This document shows, in pieces, positions 27,446 to 41,809 of a DNA stretch of 64,000 nucleotides. Positions within the stretch are counted from its first letter, which is position 1. Each line of letters opens with the position of its first letter. The notes beneath the pieces were generated by a model. It had not been told where the DNA came from. It made no database searches and was given only the letters and a program-made list of their open reading frames with translations. Source of the DNA: Antedon mediterranea. Taxonomy: Eukaryota; Animalia; Echinodermata. The DNA lies in NCBI RefSeq assembly GCF_964355755.1, contig NC_092676.1:22710871-22774870 (forward strand), in the 5' to 3' direction. The position numbers and the translations under genes are program-made.

Positions 27446-27624
27446 AGGGTGGTTCCCACTAGCGACGCAACGCAAGGATGTAACGCAACGCAAATGAATT
27501 GACCAATCACAAGCGATGGCTTATTTGCTTGTGATTGCTAACTGTCTATAACTTCGCTTGTCATTGGTTAAAACGCTTGCGTTGCGTTTACGTCCTTGCG
27601 TTACGTTCTAGTGGGAACCAAGCT
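27446..27624. mobile_element. MITE with AG...CT termini
   Basis: AGGGTGGTTCCCACTAG..CGCAACGCAAGGA / TCCTTGCGTTACG..CTAGTGGGAACCAAGCT inverted termini; a partial related copy lies at ~22025-22080. Confidence 0.8.
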
Positions 27625-27689
27625 TTACTCTCTATATATTTATTTGTTACTTGTCATGGATATATAAATTCTAAAAAGTAAGAAAAATC

Positions 27690-27876
27690 CCCCATACTAA
27701 ATGAAAGACATTTACTCATTTTCCGTTGCAGAACCAAGAATCTGGAACAATTCGCCAAGTTAAATTAAACATTAATTTGAATGACTATGATCAGTTTAAA
27801 AAATTCAAAGACTTTTCATTTTAACAAATGAGCGTTTCATAGAAATGATCGCTATATAAATGTTAATGTTATTATG
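27690..27876 (+). mobile_element. 3' end of an L2/CR1-group LINE
   Basis: Residual frame FSVAEPRIWNN (compare the typical FSVAAPxLWNxLP), followed by a GCTATATAAATGTT...ATTAT tail. Confidence 0.6.
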
Positions 27877-28179
27877 TGTATGACATTAACGCAACACTGT
27901 CTCAAACTATGACAACGCCTCAGCTACAACGTTGTTTTTTCCTCTGATATGATAGTTTCATTTACCCCAAATGTGAGGTTTACAACACAACTGCAAAATG
28001 TGTTAGGCAAGGTAGGTAGCATATACTAATTATATATTACCGTGACATATTTTGACACTTAAATTAGCCTAACCGTCCTAAAATGGTTCGCTATACCTTT
28101 GGTGTGACCCATTAATTTAGTGTTTGCTACTACCAGTGCATAAATAAACTTACTTTTTCGAAAATAATCATAGTGTTTT

Positions 28180-29590
28180 CTACTTTGGAATAACAATCGC
28201 ATCAAAATCATATCTTAGAAATCTCACTTTCAGGCAAAACAATGCTTTTTGAAAAATCACTATACAACGATTCAAATGCAGTTTCTAAATTTGCGAAGAG
28301 TTCCAGTAGATAACAGGTACACAACATATGGCAGGAAAAGGTGAGATCATTTTATTCAATTCAATTATTTTGTTAAGCACTTTGGCTCAAAATTGTCTTG
28401 CTTGTCACATATAAAACCATCAAAAATGTTAAAATGTGTAAAGCACAAAAATGGTTTAAAAAAAAGTGTCATATACAATTTGGATAAAAATATGTCCACC
28501 TGACAACATTTTCATTAAAAAGCATGATAGCAGATGGGAAAAAAAGAATTTTTTATCTATGAAATCAAATTCTACCACTTCTTCCTATCCAAATATTATT
28601 TAGTTGAAAAACCTATGTCGACATTTTAACATAATTTAAATTAAAAAAAAAACAAAGCAGTAAACTATGTCGAAATATTTCGACATACTGTTGCATTACC
28701 TAATAAATTAGTTAAGTAAATTGTGTAAAAATAAATTTAGAAATAACCTCGAATATATTATGTAGAAAATGAAAGTCTGATTCCGTTTTTCATGAAGGTG
28801 AATACTTTTTCTATGGAAGTTGGAGAAAACCTGCGTTCATTGAAAGCGAAATTATACATTTAGTCAATATAAAAAACATATTAGCATAACAATATATTAC
28901 AAACATTACCACACTCCATAACTGCTAGTATCATACCACCATCTTCTAAAATGCTCTTCAGATACAGTATAATATCTGCTAAATCTTCAAAGAAATACAT
29001 CACATGGAATGTGTACTACCTGTACAGGTCAAAGGTCAATAAGAAGATTTTGGGTCATTTTCTCGAAAAAGTTCTTATTAGACTGAATAGAAATATATAT
29101 CTTCAGATTAATTTGAGCCCTATTTAAAGTTTGTCCAACTGTTAGTTACGGAGTTACATGATATGTAGGTCAAAGGTAAAAAATGCCAAAAATCATACTT
29201 CCGGCTATTTTTGGACAAACTTTTCCATTAGAACGAATATTAATATGCATCTCCCAAATAATTTGACACTAAAATTATTTCATTTAAAATAAACGTTGCA
29301 AAGATATGACCATTTTGTTTACAATGGGTCAAAACATTCAAATTGAGGTCAGAGGTCAAAGATGAATTTTAGAAATTTGACAACATGGGTTTTTATAACC
29401 AGCATGATTCAAATATTCATAAAACACAATGTTTACACTTTCCCCATGATCTGCACACGAAAATACATAGGGATCTGGACTATTTCCTTTTCTACTTTTA
29501 TCTCTTTCACAATTTTATCTTGAAAATATGAATTGATCCAATTTTAAAACGCTTCAAAATTTCTGCTTCGTTCCCAAAATGCCCAAAATT
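28180..29590 (-). pseudogene. Fragmented HNMT-like pseudogene (copy B)
   Basis: Remnants of exon 3 (~28180-28285), exon 2 (~28909-29009) and exon 1 (~29485-29580) in correct order, separated by unrelated inserted sequence. Confidence 0.75.
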
Positions 29591-31090
29591 TACTAACTTG
29601 AGAATGCGATGTATATACTACACTGTATTGTAAACATTATTTATGCGTTGTTACTTTTATTTACTATAAACTTGAGTATCCTAAATTCTTGAAAATAATG
29701 GAAAAAAGGAGAGTAAAATGTCAATATGTATTTGTAATAACTATGATGAACGAATAAATGTGGTAGATTACACCACAAAAGAGAAAAAAAACTTGAGCAC
29801 GCAACTGCAGCCATGTATATGGCCTGGTTTCTATTAACTTAGCTGCATTAATATTTTCCTATAGCAAGATTTGATTATCATACAATAAATGAATTACAGT
29901 AACGCTTTCAAATTGACATTATAATCTAATTTTAACATGAAAAAAAATGTATTTTCCAGTTTAGGCCTAAACTTCTTTAATTTTGTTCTATTTTGATTTG
30001 TTCATTCAATTATATTATTAACGTGTTCTTTCAAATGCAATTAATTGTAAATGCAATTTTTGTACGTCACTTACGCGATTTTTGTTGTCTATCGTGTATT
30101 GTCATAATAATATTCTTAATATACATACAATACTTCATTTTACTCTTTGTGGTAACATCTTTTACATAGTATTCGTGGGATTAAATACATTTAAATGTAT
30201 CAGTATAATTTAATAATATCAATAGATTTGAATCGTAGGGTTACAAATTAGATTATAGGGACACCGGTTTTAGCAAGGCCATATACATGGCTGCAGTCGC
30301 GTTCGCAAATTTTATTTAGTGTTTACCGACCTACCAACCGATCGACCAACCGATCGATATAGTGAGCTTTAGAGTCTAAAAATATGAATAGAATTTGGCA
30401 GAAACGAATTTAGAAAACGACATCGACCTATTTAAGTTATAACAATAATGTATGTTTTATAGATTTAAGACAGGCATATTACATCATGGTGTGATAAGCT
30501 GAGCAATTGTTCTTGACCTATCAATAACTAACCTAATAATAGTTATCCCTTTTTGATGAAAATAAGTATTGAACTTGAAAACAATTTTATTTTTCACACA
30601 TTAATGAAATCAAAATACGACACAGATATCTGAAAGTATAGTATTTTTTTTGTTCCATCAAACAATAATAGTGCAAAAACGGTAAAATTCTGAAATATCT
30701 TGAAGCCTATAAATAAAGTGTAATTTATGTATTACTACCTTAGTATATTTATTAATAAGATAATTAAAAATATACGGACCTACAGGTCTATCAGTAAGCC
30801 TACAACTTTATCCCGATGATTAAACACACACCTTCTATACGAGACCATCCATATCAATTATTTAGGAATATGCAAATAAAAAAAAAAACCCCGATACTTA
30901 TTAAATGTTAAATGCGCAATGATATCGCTATACAACGATTTAGATGCAGTTACATCAATGTTTAGTAGAAGTAAAAGAAAGATTTAGTATAAGAGTATTA
31001 CACAGATATATAATTATATTATCGCACTTATTAATAACTGCACTTTGAAATTAAATAAATTAAGCTGTTTTCACTGAAACACTGATTGTT

Positions 31091-32497
31091 CTACTTTGTG
31101 ATAACAATCGCATCAGAGTCACATCGTATCCAAATTTTGCCATCCTCACTTTCAGGCAAAGCAATACTTTTTAAATACTCAATGACATCACAATACAACG
31201 ATTTAGACGCAGTTTCCTTAAAGAAAGCCGATTTTGTAAGAAATTCCAAGAGAAGTTCTCCTTCTTTCGATTCATCATCAAAACAGCTGGTAGCATCCAT
31301 TTTTACTTGCATATGATGCTTCACAAATTGTATTTGGAGTTTCGTCAACGCCTTCTCCACATCTCTTGTAGATAAAGGATATACATTCTTTTTAAACTGA
31401 GCCAATTTTCTTTGAATCTGTGGTATACAACTGTCATCATCTATAAAAACAAAACGAAGGTTATTGCCTGGTTGAACATTAAGACATTTAGACTCATTAC
31501 TACGCACTGTACAACACTATAGAAACATTTTTTGATTTAGTAGACCTATGACATTTACTTAAGTCGAAGTTCAGTAGAACATTTTAAAGAAATGTATTCT
31601 TAGCATAACCATGTGTTTAAAAACATACCAGACTCCATCATTGCTAGTATCATACCACCATCATCAAGAATACTCATCAGATATTTTAAAATATCTGCTA
31701 AATCTTGAAAGGAATACAGCACATGAAACAGCATTATGAAATGGTATTTCTTCATTGGTTGATCTTGGGTTTCCTGTCTGAACTGCTGTAGAGTTTGCTG
31801 TCGCCAATCGAAGGAAACTCCATCAATGAGTTCAGTTTTCTTGGCAGCTAAATCTTGATATTTATTGATATAGGAAAGATCTGGTTCCACCACCGTATCT
31901 CTGATCTTGGGCCACTGTTTAAGCAGGTGCTGCAAAACAAGGCATTCGGTTTGACCTGAAACAAAAGATTTAGTATAGGAGGCTTATCCCCAATTGAATA
32001 CTGAGCAAATGAATACTAAATAAATACTAATTATCAATTTTATAGTAAAAAAGAAGAAACTAAATAAATCTAAAGTGAAGCAAAAGAGCGTGTGTATTTT
32101 CAAAATTGCATCCAGGAGAACATTTTATGTGAAAAAAAAGTTAGTTAGGAAATCCAGTTAAAACCCTTTGGTTTACGATAGCTTTGGTATTCTAAAATCT
32201 CAAACTATTCTCATGGTCAACAACCGTAATACTGTACCAGTTTACAACAGGTAATTGACTGGAGGTGTTAAACTGCAATTTTGACCTGGGACTGTCTCAA
32301 TCCTTACCTGGCCCACTACCAACTCCAAGTACCATTAACTCCTTCTCCTTTTCAACCTTTATCTCTTTCATAATTTTCTCAGGAAAATATGAATTGATCC
32401 AATTTTGAAACGCTTCAACGTTTCTGCTTAAATTCCAATATACAAGAAATGATTCTGCATACCTTTCTTGATCGCTTTGTAACGGTATCAATTCCAT
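31091..32497 (-). CDS. HNMT: Histamine N-methyltransferase-like SAM-dependent methyltransferase (copy C), 288 aa; exons 32497-32308, 31955-31629, 31440-31091
   Basis: Class I motif I VLGVGSGPG, motif II TVVEP, FIMLFHVLY and C-terminal CFD..SKEGELLLEFLT..AFFKETA..L, colinear with vertebrate HNMT; spliced frame intact. Confidence 0.88.
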
Positions 32498-33771
32498 TTC
32501 TTCTATGGAAGTTATAAATACACGGTGTTAAGTTAAATTTTTTAATAATAGGTAAATTAATAAGCCTCCCAAAGGCAACGGCTATCAAATTGATAAGTAA
32601 ATAAGATCCTAAAATTTACTAATAGCCCAGACCTATTTTACTGCATGTAGGTAATTTGATTAGGACCTATACCTATTTAATCAGACACGTTTTAACTGTG
32701 TATACTATGTTAAACTGCCAGGACAAGCTACATTAACTGAAAACAATTTTAGGTTTCTATCGTCCTTCGTCTCACGGCGGATCAGATTCAGAATGAAATC
32801 ATGTATTTTATCAAAATAGCTTTTAATGGCAGATAATAAGGCAATTCAATGGTCGCCACATACCTACCAGGCGGCCGCCATTTGATTATCACCGTGTTTT
32901 GTGTAATTAGATTCAATGAATATTTTAATCGATCAAACAGTCTCGATAATGAACGGAAGGGAGTATACTTATACACATGCGCAGATTAATTTGTTGTATA
33001 CATTACCGTGTCTTTCGTCTACCCTCTCCTTTTCATCTACTGTCCCGATGTAAAAGTTCACTAGGCCTATACCGTAGTAGTTAGTGTGACCTGCCGATAT
33101 TAAGTGACAGACGCAAGGTAGGCCTACAATAGAAAAAATGAAAAGAAATACGTTTTTAAAATCCATGCACTTTACTGTTCTCTTTACATTTATTCATTTT
33201 CCCCTTTTTTTCTATTAACTTAGCTACATTTCATATTTTCCAATTTTTGATTAGCATACAATAAGTGAATTACGGTAACGATTTCAAATTGCCATTATAA
33301 TAACATTTTAACATGATGTTTTCTTGAAAAATGTATTTTCCAGTTTTTGTTTGTTCTATTTTGATTTGTTCATTCAATTATATTATTAACGTGTATTTGT
33401 TCTGTCTAGTTCTTTCATTTATTTTTACTCAACAGGTCGATAAGGTTGATATTTTATTTCAACGAGTTCTTTTAAATGCAATTAATTGTAAATGCAAATT
33501 TGTTACGTCACTTCTGATATTACCGTGCGATTTTGTTTGTCTTTCGTTTATTGTCATAATGATATTCTTAATATACATACAATACTTCCTTTTACTCTTT
33601 GTAGTAACATTTTTCACATAGTATTTGTGGGATTATATACATTTAAATGTTAAAAAACATCAGAAGGTTAAAATCGTATGTGAAATTACATTCTAGAGAC
33701 ACCGGTTTTAACAATATGATTAGAATTTGGCACAAACGAATTTAGAAAACGACATCGCACTGTTTACACGA

Positions 33772-34555
33772 CCTTTTTAGTCGCGTGGACGCGACTCTAT
33801 AGTTCACTATGTCGGTCGGTCTGTCTGTCGGTCTGTCTGTCTGTCGGTCTGTCTGTCGGTCCGGTATCACTATGCGTTTTATCGCTTTTCTGTACTTTTT
33901 GAACTGTTTTGATGTCAACATGTGGGCATTTACGTGAAATTGTGCACCTCCTATTGTGAACGACGTTAGAGTTGCGCAACGTGATTTACGCGCGATTTAA
34001 CGATTTTCTTGTATTTAACATAGGTCAAAAACCAAATAACATTTTAAATTGAAACTTTGCAAAAGTTTAATTTATATCAGGCGCTAACTTTCTGTTGAAA
34101 AAAATGTCTGTTTTACACAATGTTACGCGCGCACGCGCATTTAACATTTTAAAATGCGCAAAATTATTTTTTAATCAACTTTCTACGCGTTTCTTGTCAT
34201 TTTGAGCATGCATGTCAAAAATTCCCATACGCGCGCAAATTTTTACGCGCGCGGTGCACACGTAGCGTTAAATACATACTTTTTTCGCGTGATTTATGTT
34301 TTTGCAGCATTTTATAATAATTTTACCAACTTTTAAACAATTTCGACTTAAAATTACGTCATATGAGCACGTAGAATTGGATAATTTGCGCACGTTTTTG
34401 ATGAAAAAGTTCAAAAATTCGTCAAAATTATGCCTTTTTAGTCGCGTGGACGCGACTCTATAGTTCACTATGTCGGTCGGTCTGTCTGTCGGTCTGTCTG
34501 TCGGTCCGGTATCACTATGCATTGTAGCACGCGACTTAATGGCTGTTGGCCTTTT
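33772..34555 (+). mobile_element. Helentron/DINE-1-like non-autonomous element with duplicated head
   Basis: Two copies (33772, 34433) of CCTTTTTAGTCGCGTGGACGCGACTCTATAGTTCACTATGTCGGTCGG followed by a (GTCT/GTCG)n microsatellite; short hairpin AGTCGCGT-G-ACGCGACT; ends GCACGCGACT...GGCCTTTT. Confidence 0.6.
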
Positions 34556-34840
34556 TAAGTTATAACAATAATGTATTTTTCACAGTACCTACGATACATT
34601 TTTACATTACATTAACCTACTTTAGCAATATGCAAATTTCATGGCATTTCGCCAATGTTTTTTGGAAAAGTTACATCAATGTTTAGTAGAAGTAAACGAA
34701 AGATGTTTAAATCTTTATGTACCTGTATTTATTAAAGAGTACCGTATACACATACATTATATAATTATATTACTTATTAATAACTGCCCGTCACACTATG
34801 ATATAAATTGGGTTGTTTTCACTTTTTAACACTGCCTGTT

Positions 34841-36325
34841 CTACTTTGTGATAACAATCGCACCAGAGTCACATCTTAGCCAATTTTTGCCATCCTTAGC
34901 CTAACTTTCAGGCACAACTATACTTTTTCAAATAGGCAATGATATCGCTATACAAAGATTTAGAAGCAGTTTCCTTAAAGAAAGCCGATTGTGTAATAAA
35001 ATCCAAGAGAAGGTCCCCTTCTTTTGATTCACCATCAAAACAGCCAGTAACATTCAGGTTTATTTGTAGGCGATGCTTCACAAATTGTATTTGGAGTTGC
35101 GTAAACGCCTTCTTTACATCTCCGGATATCTCAGGATATACTTTATTTTTAAACTGAGCCATTTTACCTTGAGTCTGTGGTATGCAATTGTCATCTATAA
35201 AACAAAACGTCTTTTAAAAAAGTATGTTTGGTTCGACATTAGGACATTTAGACTCGGTACTAAACGTACTGTACAAAATTATACATTTCGTACTTATAGG
35301 TTTTTTGACTATGGCATTTACTTAAGTTAGAGTTCAGTAGAGAAATTTATAGAAAAGTATTCTTATAGAATAATTATGTGATTAAAACATACCAGACTCA
35401 ATCATTGCTAGTATCATACAACCATCTTCCAGAATACTCATATATTTTAAAACATCTGCCAAATCTTGGAAATAATACAGCACATGAAACAACATTATAA
35501 AATTGTACTTCTTCATTGGTTGATCTTGGGGTTCCTGTCTGAATTGCTGTAGAGTTTGTTGCCGCCATTTGAGGGAATTTCCACCAAGGAATTGAGTTTC
35601 GTTAGCAGCTAAATCTCTGTATCTATTGATATAGGAAAGATTCGGTTCCACCACCGTGTCTGTAATCTTAGGCCACTATTTAAGCAGTTGCTTCAAAACT
35701 TGGATTTTATTTTTGCATAAGGAAACAAGAAATAAATGATATGATAGACCCATACTATTCGATGATGTATGCCTCCATTTTAATAATGATGTACAAATTA
35801 AACCAAACATTACAGGAAGTATAAAAGAGTCACAATTCGGCTAAATCAAGCAAAAACAAAGCTAAAATTATTAAATATTTAATTTATTCAATTGTTTAAT
35901 TGTATGCTAATAATAATATAGTTCTGTTAAAATAACCTACATCAGGTTCACGTTTTAGTACTTGGTATTAAACATTTTTTATGACAAAATAATAAACAAC
36001 TATGGCTAATTTAATAATTGTAGTTATTTGTAGAAAGTATTCAACGGATATTTTGAAACAACAAATAAAAATTGTATTTAAAAACTATAAATTAAATAAA
36101 CCAGTTATAGGTAGGCCTATAATGTTTTAATCCACCAACTTCTTACCTGGGCCGTTACCAATTCCGAGTGTCATTAGCTCCTTCCCCTTTTCAACATTTA
36201 CGTCTTTCATAATTATCTCAGGAAAATATGAATAAATCCAACGTTCAAACGTTTCTGTTCGAATTTACAAGAAATGACTTCGCATACCTATTGGGATTGC
36301 TTCTTAACGGTGTCAAATTTGCCAT
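34841..36325 (-). pseudogene. HNMT-like pseudogene (copy D)
   Basis: All three exon homologs are present. Exon 1 has a deletion (~36250-36270), the exon-2 acceptor appears lost (CCTTAT instead of ..AG at ~35717), and exon 3 has a frameshift/stop near 34895-34930. Confidence 0.82.
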
Positions 36326-37594
36326 TTATTTATAGTATAGAGGTTATACACATTATGCACTTAATATTAAGTAAGTACTGCACTGCACTGGGAACCTTTT
36401 TTCACGTAATTTAGAAAAAAAAAACAACTATTTTTCTCATACGTGGGAAAATTTTACGTAACACCAAAAAGAAGGGTAACTTCAGACACTTTTCCCCAAG
36501 CTAAAATTGTGGGAAACAATACCTCACTTCAATAAGAAATTGATTCTCAACAATATTGGAGAAACCTCATGTTTGCTAACATCTTGGGGAAACATTAACT
36601 GGAATTCTGAGGAAAGTTACTATCCACCTTATTCGGGGAAACGGTACTACTGAGTAACGTTTAGTTAGTCACCCCGAAAACTGGAGGCATCCTATTTTTT
36701 GGGTTAACCTACCCCTATTTTGTCTTTACAGTGTGTAGTTATATTGTTAATAAGTAATTTAAATTATAATTGAAAAGTATATAACAATTTTGTTTACTTA
36801 CGGTACTTTCTTACTTGATTAGGTTTAAAAATATTAACGTCACGTTAGTAACAATTTATGTTTGTTGTTCTTCCTTTGCCTCACGGAGGAATGACTGATG
36901 TATGTTTTCAAGGTAGCTTTATAAGTCATTCATGTAGAGGGCGTCATCATTAAACAGTTTTGCCAAAAGAGTATGTTCGTCCATTTCCATGGAATTCCTC
37001 AAAATGATCAAATTGAAATGTTCATGGACATGTAACTGCATCATAAAGGAATGATGTCGATCAATGAGCTTCTGACAAGGAGTAAGCCTACAAAGTAACA
37101 CCTGTACTTTATTTACACATCTTTCCCGTACACTGATCTCCCTTATCGGCAATAAACACCAAGTACCCATCTCCGTATACATGCCGTATATGCATTACGT
37201 CATTCGATTAATTAATCGCGCATAACGGAGTGTAACAACTAGTGCCATCGTATGATACGTATGACAGCGTACACTATCCGTTTAAACTAGCACCAGAGGA
37301 GGCCTACTAAAACCGCTAGTGTCATATTTGCTTCAGAGATTAAACAAAAAGAAAAGAAAGTTTAGGCCTTTTTATTAGTGTATTTGATTTATTTGACTGT
37401 GCACTGTCTCAATATTTTGATCAGCATTGCTCTCTAACTGCCTAATGCAAGTGTTTTATTATTTTGAATTAACTCTTCGAAATAATAATGTAACAACCAT
37501 ACTAAAACAATTAATTTACCAATATAAACCAAGAAGAGTGAATTTCACTCTTCCCTGCATCAACTAACTTATGTTAAACAGTAATCGTCATTTT

Positions 37595-39088
37595 CTACTT
37601 TGTAATAACAATCGCATCACAGTCACATCTTAGCAAACTTTTGCCATCCTCACTTTCAGACAAAACAATACTTCTTAAATGCTTAATGACATCACTATAC
37701 AACGAGTTAGATGCAGTTTCTTTAAAGAAAGCCGTTTGTGTAAGAAAATTCATGAGAAGTTCACCTTGTTTCGTTTCACCGACAAAACAGCTGGTACCAT
37801 CCAGGCTTAATGTTATGCGATGCTTCACAAACTGTATTTGGAGTTTTGCTAACGCTTTCTCTACATCTTGTGTAGATGGGTTCTTCTTAAACTGAGGAAA
37901 TTTTTCTGTAGTTTGTGCCACACAATCATCATCTATGAAAAAAAAATTATTTCAGATAAAACATATTATAGCATAGAAGTCCTCTAGTTTTTTATGGATG
38001 GGTTTGTTCACTTCAGAAGTTTTCTTCCGTGAACTTATCAGCCCCACCCCCTTGAAAAGCTTTGTTTAGCCTAGTGTAACCCCATTACAAAATCAATAAA
38101 AAAAAATAACATACATTTCTTTATATCCATTAATCAAGTAATTGTAATTTGGAAATAAATTGATAATTACGATTACTAGACATCATAAAAAGTTGATTTC
38201 CAATTGTTTAGAAACTTGTCATTTACAAACATACCACACTCTATCAATGTCAGTATCATGCCACCATCTTGTAAAATACTCTTCAGGTACTGTATAATAT
38301 CAGCTATATCTTCAATTTCAAAGAAATACAGCACATGGAACAACATTATAAAATGGTACTTCTTCAATGGTTGATCTTGGGTTTCCTGTCTGAACTGCTG
38401 TAGAGTTTGTTGTCGCCATTCGAAGGAAACTCCATCAATGAGTTCAGTTTTCTTAGAAGCTAAATCTTGATATTTATTGATATAGGAAAGATCTGGTTCC
38501 ACCACCGTATCTCTGATCTTGGGCCACTGCTTAAGCAGTTCCTTCAAAACAAGGCATTCGGTTTGACCTGAAAGAACGGATTTAGTATAGGAGGCGACAT
38601 ATTCCCAAATGAATATTGAGCAAATGAATACTAAATTATAGATGTTATAGAAGAAACTAAATAAATCTAAAGTACAGCAAAAGAGGGTGTGCATTTTCAA
38701 AATTGCATTCAGGAGAACAACAACAACTAGTTAGGAAATCCAGTTAAAACCCATCGGTTTACGATAGCTTTATTATTCTAAAATGTCCAACTATTCTCTT
38801 AAGGACAAGAACAGTATTACTGTACCAGTTTACAACAGGTAATTGACTGGAGGTGTTAAACTGCAATTTTGACCTGGGACTGTCTCAATCCTTACCTGGC
38901 CCACTACCAACTCCAAGTACCATTAACTCCTTCTCTTTTTCAACCTTTATCTCTTTCATAATTTTCTCAGGAAAATATGAATTGATCCAATTTTGAAACG
39001 CTTCAACGTTTCTGCTTAAATTCCAATATACAAGAAATGATTCTGCATACCTTTCTTGATCGCTTTGTAACGGTCTCAATGTTTCCAT
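37595..39088 (-). CDS. HNMT: HNMT-like methyltransferase (copy E), 287 aa; exons 39088-38896, 38567-38235, 37932-37595
   Basis: Same motifs as copy C; GT-AG introns; frame intact. Confidence 0.88.
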
Positions 39089-39221
39089 TTCTTCTATGAA
39101 AGTTATAAGCACATGTTATTAAGCAAGTACAGTCTGTAGGGGTTTTAACCGTTTTAATAATAGGTAAATTAATAGTTAAAAAAGAGTAAAAATCCTACAA
39201 TTTGCTATAACTCAAACCTTA

Positions 39222-39322
39222 ATTAATAATAATAATAACACTAACACTAACAATAATAATAATAATAATAATAGTCTGTTCTTATATAGCGCATATAAGC
39301 AGGCTCTCAATGCGCTTTACAT
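39222..39322 (-). mobile_element. LINE/SINE 3' tail (L2-type) with (ATT)n
   Basis: Minus strand reads TGTAAAGCGCATTGAGAG...GCGCTATATAAGAA...TATTATTATTATT. Confidence 0.7.
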
Positions 39323-41809
39323 CAAAAATAAAAGCAGTAAATGTTACTAATGAAAAGCTTGACTTGATGACTGTATTTAGGTAATTAGGCCTATATAAAA
39401 TGTACTTACCTGTTTAATCAGGCTTGCTTTAACTGTGTATGTTGACTGAAAACAATTTAGGCTTCTATCGTCTATATAAAAATAGCTTTAAATGTAAGAT
39501 AATATGGCAATTCAGCGGCCGCCACATACCTACCCGGTGGCCGCCATTTGATTATCACCATATGTTGTGTATTTTAATTTGCCTTTGAAGAAATACGGTA
39601 TTAATATATTCATTCATTTGGAAGGAAGTATACAGAATCAGAATAATTTTATTGATTTTCTAAGGAGAAATTCATTTGCTCGCAGAGTTTAAACAATTAA
39701 AATATAAAAATATGTATATATCTTTATAAATATTAATATAAAAAACTTTACATAGTTCTCTTTGGGGTAACCTACCCCTATTTTTTGTTACAGTGTTTAA
39801 TTAGGCCTATATTGGTAATATGTAATTTAAATTATAATTGAAAAGTATATAACAATTTTGTTTACTTATGGTACTTTTTTACTTGAGTACGTTTAAAATA
39901 TTAACTTCACGTTAGTAACTAATAATTTATGTTTGCTGTTCTTCATTCGCCTCACGGAGGAATGACTGATGTATGTTTGTAAGATAGCTTTATAAGTTAT
40001 TCATGTAGAGGGCGTCATCATTAAACAGTTTTGCCAAAAGACTATGTTCATCCATTTTCATGGATTTCCTTAAAATGATCAAATTGGAATATTCATGGAA
40101 CTGTAACTGCATAGAGGTATGATGTCGGTCGATGAGCTTCTGATAAAGAGTAAGCCTACAAAGTAACACCAGTACTTTATTTACTAGGCCTACACATCTT
40201 GCCCGTACATTGATCTCCCTTATCCGCAATGGACACCAAGTACCCATCTTTCTCCGTATACATGCCGTATATGCATTACGTCATTCGATTAATTAATCAC
40301 GCATAATGGAGTGTAACTAGTACCATCATACTATGATACGCATGACAGCGTATACTATCCGTTTAAACTAGCACCAGAGGATCGGAGGCTGTGACGCATG
40401 GCTATAATTAACATATTGCATGGTCCACCTGCGGTGGTGTAACAACTCTATATTTAAGAAACGGCGAACCATTGTTCGCTCTCTGTTCGCTCACGGCTGG
40501 CATTTAGCTGGGGTTGGTTGGTTGGTTGGTCGCTCGCTCGCTCGCTCGGTAATTAAGCACGCGACTGCAGCCATGTATATGGCCTTGTTTCTATCTAGCT
40601 AACTTAGCTGCATATAATATTTTCCAATAGCAAGATTTGATTAGCATACAATAAATAAATTACAGTAACGATTTCAAATTGCCATTATAATCAAATTTTA
40701 ACATGAAAAAAAAATTTTTCCAGTTTAGGCCTAAAATTTTGTTCTATTTTGATTTATTCATTCAATTATATTATTAACGTGTACTTCTTCTGTCTAGTTC
40801 TTTTATTTATTTTACTCAACAGGTCGATAAGGTTAATATTGATATTTCACCGAGTTCTTTCAAATGTAAATAATTTTAAATGCAATTTTTTACGTCACTA
40901 GCGCGATTTTTGTTGTCTATCGTGTATTGTCATAATAATATTCTTAATATACATACAATACTTCCTTTTACTCTTTATGGTAACATCTTTCACACAGTAT
41001 TCGTGGGATTAAATACATTTAAATGTTAAATACATTTAAATGTATCAGTATAATTAAAAAATATGAATAGATTTAAATCGTAGTTACAAATTACATTTTA
41101 GGGACACCGGTTTTAACAAGGACATGTACATGGCTGCAGTCGCGTTCGCAGATTTGGTTATAACAATAATGTATGTTTTATAGATTTAAGACAGGCATAT
41201 TAAATCATGGTGTGATACGCTGAGCAATTGTTCTTGACCTATCAATAACTAACCTAATAATAGTTATCCCTTTTCATGAAAATAAGTATAGAACTTGAAA
41301 ACAATTTTATTTTTCACAAATTAATGAAATCAAAATACGACACAGATATCTGAAAGTAGTATTTTTTTTACTATGTTCCATCATACAATAGTGCAGAAAA
41401 CGGTAAAATTCTGAACTATCTTGAAGCCTATAAATAAAGTGTAATATATGTATTACTACCTTAGAATATTTATTAATAAGATAATTTAAAATATACGGAC
41501 CTACAGGTCTATCAGTAAGCCTACAACAACTTTATCCCGATGATTAAACACACACCTATATACGAGACCATCCATATCAATTATTTAGGAATTTGCAAAT
41601 TAAAAAAACCCCGATACTTATTAAATGTTAAATGCGCAATGATATCGCTATACAACGATTTAGATGCAGTTACATCAATGTTAATAGAAGTAAAAGAAAG
41701 ATTTAGTATAAGAGTATTACACAGACATACAATTATATTATCGCACTTATTAATAACTGCACTTTGAAATTAAATAAATTAAGCTGTTTTCACTGAAACA
41801 CTGATTGTT

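Noticed and set aside
33797-34522. ORFs with PTDRPTDRQTDR repeats
   Set aside because: Translation of the (GTCT/GTCG)n microsatellite in a DINE-like repeat.
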